A stretch of 64,000 nt of DNA from Mobula hypostoma (GCF_963921235.1 NC_086106.1:117118001-117182000), one strand, 5' to 3'; positions 39,590 to 53,737 are shown, counted from the stretch's first letter. Notes: generated by a model from the letters alone, not told the origin. A program made the numbers and translations.

Positions 39590-40103
39590 CTTTTTAAACA
39601 GTTGCTAGAATGGTAATCAGATCCTTGAGTTGGGAAAATGTTGATTTGCGTTTTTGTTTTGAGAGAGCGGTATGGCTGACAGAACAAGAACAAACCTGTT
39701 TGGTGACTAATCCTTTAAGATTGTTAGTGATTTACCAAGTAAATGGATTTGGATCATGTGTAGTAAAATGAGAAAGAAAATTTTGGAGCCTGTTTCTTGA
39801 TCCTGATTTGTAACATTGCCAGTTCCATCATTTCATGTTTAGTATCTCATAGATATTGTTCTTCAGGATCTGAGGTATTGGTGAAATCAAAAACAAATGC
39901 TAAGCCTGTATCAAACTTTTTTGGCTTTACTTTTAAAACAAATGTTGCAAATCTGTTTGTACATTCCAAGAACAGAGCTGTTGTAATAATTCCATCTATA
40001 GAAAGCTGAAACTTTTACTACATTCTCAAGGCAATATATTCTTTCCTATTCTGTTTCTTGTGTGTTTGTTTATATTTTTCAATAGTGTTGAACACTTGCG
40101 ATC

Positions 40104-40109
40104 AATAAA
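40104..40109 (+). terminator. Likely UPF3B polyadenylation signal
   Basis: AATAAA followed by a GT-rich tract, about 1.47 kb after the stop; a more proximal AATAAA lies near 39172. Confidence 0.6.
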
Positions 40110-42984
40110 TACCCATGCCTCGGTGTTGAGTCTTAATTTATCCAATCCTCAGTAGTTTAATGGCATTTTAGACTACTATAGAATCTTGCAAAAGGAGGCA
40201 GCATATATACCTTAATCTTAAAGAGCTGTTTTCATTTATAGACTTTATTCCTATGGCCTTTGAAAGTAGTCCTCCTTCAAGTAATACTGTAAAATTGCTG
40301 TGAAATCTGTTTCTGTAGTATTCCAGTCCTGAGTGTAAAGGAATTTGAGCATTTTGTCCACTTGTTTAAAACTGTTACTCTGGTTCCCATCCATTTACTG
40401 GTGAAAATGGTTTCTCCATATTTGTTCTATCAAAATCCTTTGAAGCCAAAGGTTATTGGGTTATCAGCAATAGAAGTTTGCAGTGCAATAATCCTAGCAC
40501 CTGGTGATCCATGTAATACCCAGCACATAATACAGTCTTTATCTCTATAGTAACTTGCAAAACACTTCCTGAAAGACTCCAGAAGGATCTTTTAACGAAG
40601 CCAATGAACTTTGTTTTGAAAACTATCGTACAGATACTATTAACTGTCCCCTACACAAAAGAACAGTGTAGCACATGAATGGCCCTTCAGGCCACATTGT
40701 CTGTGCTAACCATAATGCGAAGCTAGTTCCGTCTGCAATGATCCATATCCCTCAAGTCCCTGTCTTTTATTATACCTGTCTAAATACTATCATAACTGCT
40801 TCTATCACTTCACCTGCTGCTGGTTTGAGGGACCTGCCATTCCATTTTTTAAAAACTTGGCTGGCAAATCTTGAAGCTTCTCCCTCATTCTAAACCTATA
40901 CCCTCTGATATTTGACATTTCTTCCCTGGGGAAAAGACTGATCATCCACACTACTATGCCTTGCTTCACTCATATCATGAAACATATAAACCTGTATGAA
41001 TATCATACCTAGATCTCATTAGGCAGAGAAGTTTGGTGACACAGTAATTCTTATGGGATTAGCATCCGGGAGTCTTGACTATTGATCCAGAAAACTTGAA
41101 ATTGAATCCCACCATGGTAGTTTTGAAGTCATCATTAAATAAATATGGAATTTAAAGATAAAATAGTGTCAGTCATACCAACTGTGAAACACCTAAATGT
41201 TGTTTGACATTGAATTAGATATTATAGTCTGCAGTTCCTGTTTATACAATGAATCTCATCAATGTATTCTTAATATACCACCTGCTGCAAAGTTATTTGT
41301 CCTTTTCACTCCTGATATTCTGTGGAGGGAACTGTAAATTTTATGCCCCAGATTTACTCCAGATAACTGTTGGTGGTTACCATGGGTTCTAGTTGGAAAG
41401 TGCTGATTGGTTTGCTAGCTCCTGAACTGACTGCCTAAGCCAACCCAATCACCTTGTTGTGCTGACGGAAGCCCAAATCTCTAGTTGCATGCATCATTAA
41501 GCCACCTCTGCCTCTTAAATGGTCTGATTTTACCCAGAGTTACAACACAGAACAGTGCAGCACAATACAGGCCCTTTGGCTGACGATGCTACGCCAACCT
41601 TTTAACCTACTCTTAAGATTAATCTAGCCTTTCCTTCCCACATAACAACATCTAATGTCCTTTTCCTAAAGGAAATCCACATCGTTGTTGTCTCCAGCCT
41701 GTCTGTCACACTAGACCAGCCAATGTGGTTGACTCTCCCTTTTTAAACTCTCAGTAATCTCCAACTCCTGTGACTGGATTCTTTCAGAGAGACGCAAGCC
41801 ACAACACAATTCAGTTGCTGCTATGTTTAGCATGTTGCAGATATTGTGGTTCTGAAAATCGAAAACATACTTCCCCAAAAAGCAAGTAATGTTTCTTTTC
41901 CTTTGCATTAAGAGACAATGGGAAGAAAATATTAAAACTAAAATCATTGATGTCATCTGTAAAATTGACTGATTTAAGGTTTGTTTGAAACTAGCTGTAG
42001 TAGGAGGGGAATGATATTCCTTGCAGACTGTTGACTGGTGCAACCACAGTTCTCAGAATGTAGAGTAACTTAGTGGATTGACTGATAGACCACAAAGGAA
42101 AAGCTATCAGTTATCTTAATGATGAGTTTCTCTTGCTGATGATCAATAGTGTCGATGTGGTTTCACTTGCTGCTGCATTTCGCAGTTGGTGTTTGAAAAA
42201 ACTATTATTGTTGTTTATTGTTCCTTAACCATAACAAATCTCTAATTAAGACTCAGATTTACTGGGATTACATCAGGGATGAGGGAGCTGAGCCTGGTGG
42301 AGAGAGTGATGAGATGATAGACGAGATCATAAAGCAAATATTATTCAAAGTGGTAAAAGTATTTGATAAGCAAATATGATGAAGCAAGTTTCTGTAGTAG
42401 AAGTCATTAATTTAAAACATTTGAGGAAAGAACTAAAGGTGAAAATGAAGAAACGTCTCCTCGTAAAGTAAATTCTTATGGGAAGTGCTTTCCTCTTGAA
42501 TAAACTCCTCGAGCTTAGAAAAATAGAGGGCAATGGGTAAAGCCTAGCTAGTTCTAAGGTAGGGACATGTTCGGCACAGCTTTGTGGGCCAAAGGGCCTG
42601 TATTGTGCTGTATGTTTTCTGTGTTTCTGAACATCAAAGCAGGTGCAGAGTTAAACCAGCTAGCCCATTGAGTCTGCTAATCATTGAAAGATCAAAGCTG
42701 GTTTCAAAGTTCAAAGTAAATGTATCATCAAAATACACATATGTCACCATATACTACCTTGAGATTCAATTTTTTGTGGGCATTCACAGTAGAACAAAGA
42801 AATACGATATCAAAGAGGAAAAAATAGACCAACAAACCAATATGCCAAAATAAGACATTGTGCAAATATAAATAAATAATACTGAGATTGTAATTTACAG
42901 AATCCTTGTATCTGTAGGCTGTGGAATCAGTTCAGAGTTGAGGTAAGTGGAGTTATCCACGCTGGTTCAGGAACCTAGGAGCCT

Positions 42985-45320
42985 GAACGGGAGCGTGAGC
43001 AGCAGAAGTCATGTCACATAGGTCCACGATTGAAGGTTTAAAAAGCAGCGCTTCATGGCAGTTTTCGGAGTTTGAACTGCGGCTAATCAGTGGGATTTAT
43101 TAGCAAGGGCAAATAAAAGTAAGGCAGGGGCTTTAGCTCATCAGGCTCGGGCAAGGTAAGTATCTGGTAAGTTTCTTTATTCTTCAATCCTCATCTGTTG
43201 GGCATGGAGGAGTGAGAGATACTCCAATGGCATTGTTAGTTCTTTGTGTAAGATGTGGGAATTCGGGGAGACCTACAGCTTCCTAGATAACCACATCTGC
43301 GTCTCAGCGAATGTGTTAAGGAACTGGAACTGCAGCTCATATGGGAGAATGAGGAGGAAGTGATAGACAGGGAGGTAGTCACCCCTCGTTGCAGGAGCAA
43401 GGTAACTAAATAACTGTCAGGTGAAGGAAGGGAAACGGGCAACCAGTATGGAGTACCCCTGTGCCATTTTCCTCAATAAGTACAGTTTTAGATACTGTTG
43501 GGGGGACAACCTAATGGGGAGGAGCTGGGTCTCTGGTCTGAGTCTACCACTGTGGCTCACGAGAAGAGAGGTAAAGAGGACTGAAATAGTGATAGGAGAT
43601 TCCATAGTTAGAGGAACAGAGACACCCAGATGCTATGTTGCCTGCCAGGTGCCTGGGTCAGGAATGTCTCAGGTCCACTGCATTCTAAAGGGGAAGGGTA
43701 AGCAAGCAGAAGCCTTGCTACATATTGGCACCAATGTCATCAGTAGGAAAGGGAAGGAGGTCCTGAGGAGAAATTTTAGGAGCTAGGTAGAAAGGGAAAA
43801 GTAGGGCTGCCTGGGTAGTAATCTCTGGATTGCTGCCTGTGTCATGTGCCAGTGAGGGTAAGAATGGGAGCAGTTGGCAGATAAATGTGTGGTTGAGGAG
43901 CTGGTACAGGGAGCAGGGGTTCAGATTCTGGATCACTGGGATCTCTTCTGGGAAGGTACGGCCTGTACAAAAGGAACCTGCAGGGGACCAATATCCTAGC
44001 AGGCAGGATTTAAACTAATTTGGAAGGGGGATGGGACAGTTGGTATACAAATGGGCAGCGTATAGTGATACTGCTAGCAAGAACAGGCTGATGATGGGGC
44101 AAAATTGCAGTCAGTGGGATGAGTTGCAATGTAAAAGGCTGGGGGACAAAATTGAAAAGGGTGATGAATACAGGACTGAAGATGTTATATTTGAGTGGAT
44201 TCTACTACTACTATGTCGACTCAGGCCTAGGGCATGTCAGGGCCTTGCCTTGCTATGGGTACCACATAGCCCAGTACTACCTGTCTCAGGTCGGGTTGTC
44301 AGCGACTCAACTGGCACACCCCCTGGTGCACTCCGGTTAACCAGGGAGGAGGGTGTGTAGGCACCCAGCAGGACTAAAAACAAAACCTGTCAAAGGGCGG
44401 ATGAACTCTTTGTGAGTCAACGGCCACCTACTGTCTGTGTGAGCAGTGGCGCGCCACACAGTCTTCCATTTCGTGCCTTGTAAGGCATGAGTGGATTCAG
44501 TATATGGAATTAGGTAGATGAACAGTTACAGACTGGCAAGTATGTGGGCATCACTGGTCATGGCTGAAGGAAGATTATAGCTAGGAGCTTAATGTCAAAG
44601 AATATGCATTTTATCAAAAGCATAGACGGGTAGGCAGAGATTGACGTGGCTCTGTTGGTTTAAAAAAAAATGAAATCAAATTCTTAGAGGTCTCAAAGGA
44701 CTGGAAGGTGTAGAATCCTTGTGGGTAGAGCTAAGAAACTGATGAGAGTTGTATACTAGTCTCCGAACAGTAGCTAGGATGTGGGCAACAAATTTTACAA
44801 CAGGAGATAGAAAATGTGTTTCAAAAGGGAAATGTTACGATAGTCATGGGGGTGTTTCATTATACAGGTAGATTTGGAAAATCAGGTTGGTGCTGCATCC
44901 CAAGAGGGGGAGTTTATAGAATGCCTACAAGATGGCTTTTAAGAGCAGCTTGTGTTTGAACCCACTAGGAGATCAGCTATTCTGGATTTGCCGTTGTGCA
45001 ATGAACTGGAATTGATTAGAGAGCTTAAGGTAAAATGCAGTGATCATAATATTGAAGAATTCATCCTGCAGTTTGAGAGGGATAAGCTCAAGTCAGATGT
45101 ATCAGTATTACAGTGGAGTACAAGGAATTACTGAGGCATGAGAGAGAAGCTGGCCAAAGTTAATTGGAAGAGAACCCCAGCAGGGATGACAGCAGAGCAG
45201 CAATAACTGGAATTACTGGGAGCAATTTGGAAAGCGCAGGGAAGATGGATCCCAAAGAAGTGTTCTAAAGGGAGGATGGCATGGCCGTGAATATAAAGAG
45301 TAAAAGAGAGGCAAGAATAT
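42985..45320 (+). mobile_element. CR1 LINE 5' part (ORF1 esterase-like and endonuclease remnants)
   Basis: IVIGDSIVRG...HIGTN SGNH-like motif in ORF 43421-43786; endonuclease remnants downstream. Confidence 0.8.
44203..44487 (-). mobile_element. Short non-autonomous retroelement with (TAG)n tail inserted in a CR1
   Basis: Flanked by TGAGTGGATTC at 44192-44202 and 44488-44498. Confidence 0.7.
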
Positions 45321-47069
45321 ATATCAGACTACTGGAAAATTATGCTGGAGATGAGAGTAGTGAGATAGTGTTCATGGGTTCATTTTGAGATTGTAGTTAG
45401 TCTTGGAATTGGTTTATTATTGTCAAATGTACCAAGATACCGTGAAAGATTTATCTTGCTTACTGTTTATACACAGCAAATCATTCTGCAGTGCATTAAG
45501 GTAAAACATCAAACAAGGCAGAATAAAGTGTAAAAGCAATTCAAAGTGCAGTGCAAATAAACAATAAAGTGGAAGATCATAAGATAAATTGCGAGGCCTA
45601 TTCAAGAGTCTGATAACAGTGTCCTTGATCCTAGCGGTACATGCTTTCAGCCTTCTGTATCTTCTGCCCGGTGGGAGAGGGGAGAAGAGAGAATGTCTCA
45701 GGTGGGTGGGGTCTTCGATTACACTGGCTGCTTTACTAAGGCTTTTCTATTTAATTAGATCGTTACATTAGGCATGATGGCATAGAGAGCACAATGCCAT
45801 TACCGTGCCAGTGACCCGGGATCAATTCTGACACGGTCAGTAAGGAGTTCGTATGTTCTCCCCAAAGTACGTGGTTAATTGGTCACATGAGTGTAATTGG
45901 GTAGCATAGGCTCATTGGGACAGAAGAGCTTGTACTTCTAACTATAATAACCCACTCTAACCCCAATCCTTCATTTCTATTTACTCACAGTAACCTCCAT
46001 GCCCCTTAATTATGAATATACTGTCATCTACCTAAAAATTAGACTGTTTCCAGCTCTCTGAGGGGAAGAGTGTTAAAGACTCAAGACCACATGAATGAAA
46101 CTTAACTTCTGAACTTTAGTGCGGGCAACACTGACCAACCTTTGTTTGTTAGACATGTTCAAATTTAATGTGTTATTCAACTATACACATGGATACAGTG
46201 AAACAAAACATTGTTCCTCCAGGGACAAGGTACAAAACACAACACAGACTGTTGTGCACAGCACGTGTATTTACAATCCAGCACATACAGTCACAGAATA
46301 ATATTAGCACAAGCTGCTGAGTGGCCTGAAGACAGTTGGTGCATGGGATGTCCTGGAGCCATGTTTCCGCAAGAACAATATGCAGCAGTTCCTCAACTCA
46401 CACTGGGTCACCCCAGATGAAGGCTATCCAGGGAGCAAACACTGGAGAGCAGCACTGACCTCAGAGACCATTCTACAAATTAAGGTTGTAACTTTTCTCC
46501 AAAGTGCTTCCAACAAATTAATATTGTTCCTTACTCCAGACGTGATTTCCTGTCTAAAGTAACCCAAGTACTTACTTTTGTATTCATTTCCCTAGCAAAA
46601 AGTAATAGAATCCTGTTAACTTATCCACATTTGATAAACATGAGCTTGGACACCCTGATCCCTCTACAACACAGAGCTCTACAGTTCAGGATTCAAGATT
46701 GTTTAATGTCATTTCTATAAACAAGTGTGAAGGAGTGTGAAATAATTGTTACTTGGCTCTGATGCAGCGCAGAAAAAAACACAATAAGATAGCTTATATA
46801 CATTGATTGTACGTCCATAAAGTGACGCTAGGCCCAGGAGTGTCTGTACGTAAGGTGACTGATAGAAATGATAAAATAGATGGTGGTTGTGGATTTGTGG
46901 GCTACTGGGTGGAGGGGCCCTATTGGTCGTAGAAAGTAACTGTTTTTGGGTCTGGTTGTCCTCATGGAGGTGTGCGCTCAACAGATAATAGGCTTTTTTA
47001 TCCTACCAAAATGGACATGTTTTCCCACAGTATACTTCACTTGCCAGATCTCTGCCAACAAATGTAGAC

Positions 47070-50000
47070 AGAGCAAAGAGTTAGACTCTACCACACAGGC
47101 AAAATTCAAATGGGCAATGAATGCAGGATCGAAGGTGCTGTATTTAAATGCACTTAGCAGTTGGAATAAGGTGGACGGACTCATGGTGCAATTAGAGATT
47201 GGTCAGCATGATGTTGTGGGCATCACTGAGTCATAGCTGAAAGAAGGCCATAGTTGGGAGCTTAACATCAAAGGATATACTTTGTATCGAAAGGACAGGC
47301 AGGAAGGCATAGGCGGTGGTGTGGTTCTGTTGGCAAGACATGGAATTACATCTTTAGAAATAGGTGGCATAAGGAATGTTGAATCTTTGTGGATGGAGTT
47401 AAGAAACTGCAAGGGTAAAAAAAAACATGATGGGAATCATATATGGGCTTCCAAGATGTAAGGGTTGCAAAGGGATCTGGAAAAGGCATGTGATAAGGAT
47501 AATGACACGATTATAATGGGGGACTTCAATATGCAAGGAGATTGGGAAAATCGGGTTGGTGTCAGATCGCAAGACAGGGAATTTGTTGAATACCTACAAG
47601 GTGGGTTTTTAGAGCAGCTTGTGTTTGAGCCTACTCGGGAAAGGCTATCTTAGACTGGGTATTGTATAATAACCCAGATCTTATTAGGGAGCTTGATGTA
47701 AAGGAAGCCTTAGGAGGTAGTGATCAATTTTAAGGCATCCGTTAGTCTCGTGAGACCATGGATTTGTGCCTTGGAAGGTTGTATGGAAGACCTGCAGTTG
47801 CCCATGCTGCAAGTCTCCCCTCTCCACGCCACCGATGTTGTCCAAGGGAAGGGCAAGGGCCGATACAGCTTGGCACTGGTGTCATTGTAGAGCAATGTGT
47901 GGTTAAGTGCCTTGCTCAAGGACACAACACGCTGCCTCAGCTGAGGCTCGAACTCATGACCTTCAGATCACTAGACCGACTCCTTAACCACTTGGCCACG
48001 TGCCAACACTTAGTGATCAATAATAAGATTGAATTCATACTGCAATTTGAGAGGGAGAAGCATAAGTCACATGTAACAGTATCATAATGAAATAAAGGGA
48101 ATTACAGAGGAATGACAGAAGGTGGATTGGAGGAAGATACTGGCAGGGATGACAACAGAACAGAGGTGGCTGAAGGTTCTGGGAATAATTCACAAGGCAC
48201 ATGATAGATATGTCCCTCAGAAGAGGATGTTCTCAAATGGCAGAGATAGGCAACCGTGGCTGACAAGAGAAGTTAAGGACTGCGTAAAAGCCAAGGAAAA
48301 GGCATGTAAGTAGCAGAAGTGAATGGGAATTTGAATGATTGGAAAGCATGTAAAATCCAACAAAAGGCAACTAAAATAGCTATAAAAAGGGAAAAGATGA
48401 AATATGAGGGCAAATTAGCCAATAATATAAAGCAAAATACTAAACATTTTTCAGTTATATCAAGAATAAAAGGGGGGTGAGAGTTGATATTGGACCACTG
48501 GAAAATGGTGCTGGTGAGGTAGTAATGGGGGATAAAGAAATGGCAGATGAACTTAATGGGTACTTTGGATCTGTCTCACTGTGGAAGACACTAGCAGTGT
48601 GCCAGAGGTCCGTGAGTGTCAGAGAGCAGGAGTGAGTGCAATTGCTATTGCAAAGGAAAAAAGTGCTAGGCAAACTGAAAAGTCTTAAGGTGGATGTCAC
48701 CTGGACCAGATGGACTACATCCCAGAGTCCTGAGAGAGGTTGCTGAAGAGATAATGGATGCATTGGTCATGATCTTTCAAGAATCACTTGATTCTGGCAT
48801 GGTTCCAGAGGACTGGAAGATCGCAGATGTCACTTCACTCTTTAAGAAGGGAGGAAGGCAAAAGAAAGGAAATTATAGGCCAGTTAGCCTAACCTCAGTG
48901 ATTGGGAAATTGTTGGAGTCTATAATTAAGGACGAGGTTTCAGAGTGCTTGGAGACTAATGATAAAATAAGTCAAAGTCAGTATGGTTTCTGTAAAGGGA
49001 AATCTTGCCTGACAAATATGTTAGAGTTCTTCGAAGAAATATAAACAGAGTGGATAAAAGGAGAAGCAGTGGATGTCATTTACTTGAATTTCCAGAAGGC
49101 ATTTGATAAAGTGTCACACATGAGGCTGTTTAACAAGTTAAAATCCTGTGGCATTACAGGAAAGATTCTGGCGTGGATAGAGGAATGGCTGACAAGCAGG
49201 AAGCAGTGAGTTGGAAAAAAGGGCCTTTTCTGGTTGGCTGCCAGTCATTAATGGTGTTCCTCAGGGGTCAGTATTGGGACAGCTACTTTTCACATTGTTT
49301 GTCAATGATATAGATAGTGGAATTGATGGCTTTGTGGCAAAGTTTGCACATACGATACGAAGATAGGTGGAGGAGTAGGTAGTGCTGAGGAAGCAATGCA
49401 ATTGCAGCAGGACTTGGCCAAACTGGAAGAATGGGCAAAAAAGTGACAGATGGAATACAGTGTTGGGAAATGTATGATAATGCATTTTGGTAAAAGGAAC
49501 AATAATGCAAACTACTGTATTATCTAAATGGAGAGAAGGTTCAAATATCAGAGGTGCAGAGGGACCTAGGAGTCCTTGTGCAAGACTCCCAGAAGGTTAA
49601 TTTACAGGTGGAGTCTATGGTAAAGAAGGCAAATGCAATGTTGGCATTTCTTTCAAGGGGAATAGAATATAAAAGCAAGGAAATAATGCTAAGCTTTTGT
49701 AAGAAACTAGTCAGGCAGCACAGTATTGTCAGCAGTTTTAGGGCCCGTATCTCAGAAAGGATGTGCTGTTGTTGGAGAGGGTCCAGAGGAGGTTCACGAG
49801 AATGATTCCAGGAGAGAAGGGGTTAACATATGAGGAGTGTTTGGCAGCTTTGGGTCTGTACTCAGTGGAATTTGGAAGAATGTAGGGGAGATCTCATTGA
49901 AACGTATGGAATGTTGAAAAGACCAGATAAGCTGGATATGGAGAGGATGTTTCCTCTGGTGGGGGGTATCCAGAACTAGAGGGCACAGCCTCACAATTGA

Positions 50001-50258
50001 GGGGTGACCTTTTAAAACAGAGGTAAGGAGGATTTTTTTAGCCAAAGAGTGGTGAATCTGTGGAATGCTCTGTCACAGACTGCAGTGGGGGCCATGCGGA
50101 AGTTGATCGTTTCCTGATCGGTCAGGACATCAAAGGATATGGCGAGAAGACATGAGTATGGTGTTGAGTGGGATCCAGGATCAGCCACGATGGAATGCCA
50201 GAGCAGACTCAATGGGCTGAATGGCCTAATTCTGCTCCTATATCTTATGGTTTTATGG
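47070..50258 (+). mobile_element. Long decayed CR1 LINE ORF2 (endonuclease plus RT) with 3' UTR
   Basis: Fragments HDVVGITES, IIMGDFN, SPGPDGLHPRVL, GNYRPVSLTS and QRDLGVLV. Confidence 0.92.
47729..48010 (-). mobile_element. tRNA-derived CORE-like SINE with a different tail, nested in a CR1
   Basis: A box TGGCCAAGTGG, B box GAGTTCGAGCC; flanked by TAGTGATCAAT at 47718-47728 and 48011-48021. Confidence 0.85.
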
Positions 50259-51679
50259 ACTCACTTAACTCATCTTTGTTTTCACTCCTCAGAGGGTGGT
50301 GAACCTCTGAAATTCTGTGTCCCAGCAGGTGATAGAAGCTAGGTCACTGCAAGTATTTAGAGTGGAGCTGAATAAATATTTGACAGAGCAGGATGCTTCT
50401 TTGGTCAGTTTGGTAATAAGGCATAGTGGTTAGCACAGCACCAGCAACCCAGGTTCAGTTCCCCCTGTCTGTAAGAAGTTCGTAGCTTCTCTCCATGACC
50501 ACATGGGTTTCCCTGTGTACTACGGTTTTCTCCCACATTCCAAAGACGTCAGGGTTGGTAGGTTAACCGGGTGATGTGGGCTTAGTGGGCTGGAAGGACC
50601 TGTTATTGTGTGTGTCTCTAAATAAATATTAACTAAATTAATTTCATAATGTATTTGCATAAAAGCATTCTTGAAACTATCCATTGAATACCAATAATAT
50701 TTAGTCACAAGACAGGAAGTCCAAAATATCTGAAATGTTAGCAGTGGCTAAATGGTCCTGTCAGTTCAATCCATAAATGTCAGTTGGTATTTGCAACTAA
50801 TGCAGAATCTTATCGCAATGGCTGGAGTGATCGAAGTTATTGATGTTCCAAATCTGGCACCAATGCAAAACACTTTCCATTCCACGGAGTAGGTTCTTCC
50901 GCACTCCACAACCCCGATGAAACCCTGACCTAATCACGGGACAAAGACCCTTCGTCGCTCTGACCGCGACGCTACCATGGCGCCATGTTTACGATCACTT
51001 GTATGAAGTAGCTATTTGTGATTAGACGGATCTAGTTTGAAACAGCAGTGTGTTTATCGAAGATAGTGCTTATCCTTATTTAACACCAGTCTTTATATAA
51101 TAACTATTCTGAAGAGGCAAGAATCATTAAATGTTTTAACTATTGGCCAGGGGTACTGCATGAAAGTGCACACAGCTCACCTAAGAAACCTAGCTAAAGT
51201 GAAACGAACTTAAGATAGAATTGTTGTGCAGCTTGCACCTCAGTGCAGAAGTTGTAATGTAAATACACAGGGGTTGTATTTATTTCATTCTTCAACTGCA
51301 GTTCCCACAACCTACATCACTAGAAGGATAAGCACATGGTAATGTCACCAAGTCATAAGATCCTGAAATGTAAATAGGAATCTTTTCCTGCCTCACTGCA
51401 TCTGAAGTAAAAACAAGATTCCCATTCAACAGCACTGCGAACCTTCCAGGATTTGTGTGGCGCACGACCACTTTCACAAGTGCAACAAGGGATTTACAGT
51501 GAATGCCCACATCCTGCGTTTGAATGAAATGCTTGTGTCGCAAATCATCGAGTATGTTTGGCAACTGGCCTCTTCAAAATTAACCCGTTGCATTTTTTAA
51601 TGCAACAAGTACACTTGTGATTTAAACACATGTTCCCTGTTATTCAGCATGTAGGACAGAGGGTGATACGCAGCGTTCC

Positions 51680-52000
51680 AGGTGGCTCAGTAGCGTGGTG
51701 GTCAGCATAACACTTTACGGAGACAGTGATCGTGATCGGGTTTCAATTCCCGCCGCTGTCTGTAAGGAGTGTGTATGTTCTTCCCCGTGACTGTGTGGGT
51801 TTCCTCCGGGTGCTCCAGTTTCCTCCCACCTTCCGAAAATGTACAGGTTAGGGTTAATAGTTATGGGCATGTTATGTTGGCGCTGGAAGCGTGTTGACAC
51901 TTGTGGACTGCCCCCAGCACAATGTTCCGACTGTCATTGGCACAAACAACAAATTGCACAGTATGTTTCAATGCACAGGTGTCAGATAAAGCTAATCTTT
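51680..52000 (+). mobile_element. HE1/V-SINE-like SINE (other copies near 6975, 14010, 26425, 30310, 32435, 32955, 45775 and 50420)
   Basis: tRNA-like head plus the V-domain-like GTGGGTTTCCTCCGGGTGCTCCAGTTTCCTCCCAC. Confidence 0.75.
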
Positions 52001-52260
52001 CATCTTTAATGTGATACATGGATAGCTATCAAAAATGTTGCACCCTGGTTGGGAATTTTGTAAAAAGTTTAAGACGCAGGGAAAATTGGGCCAGTCCTGA
52101 GCTGAATCTCTAAATTTAAAAAAAATGAAATTAAAAATCAGAAAATGCAATACAATTGAGACTTTTCAGCATACAATGGATGAAAAAAAACTGATCAAAT
52201 TTAATTAACATATCCTTTATCAAACTGAAAAAAAGTTAAACCAGCTGTTTATTAAATCGC

Positions 52261-52446
52261 AAACACAAGAGATTCCACAAGTGCTGGAAATCCAAAGCCC
52301 CACACACAAAATGGCAGCAGATCAGGCAGCATCTTTGGAGAGGAATCAACAGTCGACATTTTGGGGTGAATAGTCTTGGCCATGGATTCATTTCCATAGA
52401 TGTTGCCTGACCTGCTGAGTTCCTCCAGCAGGTTGTGTGTTTTGCT
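52261..52446. mobile_element. Degenerate palindromic pair of Penelope-like 3' ends
   Basis: Inverted tailed arm plus forward arm; flanked by CTGTTTATTAAATCGC and CTGTTTATTAGATCAC (2 mismatches). Confidence 0.7.
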
Positions 52447-52792
52447 CTGTTTATTAGATCACTTGCATCCCATATCTTCAAGCTGCTTAACACCACACTC
52501 GATGCAAAATTAAACAGACTGAAGCACGACGAATCAGAAATTACTGGCCAAAATTCAGGACAGAGGGCTGTGGAGTGGAGCAGAAATAGTAAACCATTGG
52601 TTGTGATGGTATTTTTTAAAACCTGTTTTTCAGTATGTTTGTATCCAATATGAAAGTGAAACTACAATTTTCCCACAATATTTTGAAAATTTAGTATTGT
52701 ATTATTTCAGATCTAGTATATAATGTCTCTACCAGCACTTTGCAACTAGCTTAAACAAAATATTTCACAATAAATCTCATTTTCCAGTTGCT

Positions 52793-52798
52793 TTTATT
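52793..52798 (-). terminator. Candidate SOWAHD polyadenylation signal
   Basis: TTTATT on plus strand (AATAAA on minus), about 0.94 kb downstream of the stop. Confidence 0.4.
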
Positions 52799-52991
52799 GT
52801 CTCCATTATTAATCCTAGTCTTTATAATTGATACTCAATCACACAATCAAATTACACATAGTAATAAGCCACCTTGAAAAAGATTGTCAGCTACACACTT
52901 ATGGTACAAAATAGAGATTTCTAGTACAAAAGTTCCTGAATGAAGTAAAATTTAAACCGATTTTTTGGAAAACATACTGAAAATAAATATA

Positions 52992-53216
52992 AAGAGAAGA
53001 GATTCTGCAGATGCTGAAAACCCTGAGTAACACACACAAAATGCTGGAGGAACTCAGCAGACCAGGCAGAATCTGTAGAAAGGATGAACAGTTGACCCTC
53101 ATCAGGACGGGAGGGGAAGGGGGAAGAAGTCAGAATAAGCAGCTGGAAGGAGGGGAACGAGTACAGGCTGGAAGGTGATAGGCGAAACCAGGCAAGGGGC
53201 AAGGTAGGTGAGTGGG
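52992..53216 (-). mobile_element. Penelope-like 3' end with internally deleted hammerhead
   Basis: Homologous to the family 3' end; flanked by GAAAATAAATATA at 52979-52991 and 53217-53229. Confidence 0.72.
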
Positions 53217-53737
53217 GAAAATAAATATAGTCTAAGATCTAGTATTAAATCTTATCAATTCAGTAGCATCATCACACAATTACCATCGTCACCAGGTACC
53301 AAATCTATTATTTTCCTTATTTATAAATTGCACATAAAAATAACGACTAAGAAATTCCAGTACTACTCCCAGAACACATACTGTAGTTACTTGTGGGAAG
53401 TATAGATGTGACATCTCATCGTGCAAGGACTCTTAAAGTGAAAAGCTTTTTTTGATTAAATTTACCATTTGAAAATGGAAACCATTATGTTATAAAATGT
53501 CAGGAAAATATGTCATTATTTCGAGAGCAAATAATTGTGCTTTTGAACGCAATTCAAACGCACTGTCACATTAAATTTTAGACATTAATGTTCGTTGGCT
53601 CATTTGCTGTCTGGCAGCGATTCCTTCGCAGAGGTAAAGTGCTTTGGGGTGCCCCGTCAATAGGAACATGGCTGGTGCTATAGAAAATTTAGTAGTGCCG
53701 GGTTCTCAGTCTACACCGCGTCTATAGTGTACGCAGT

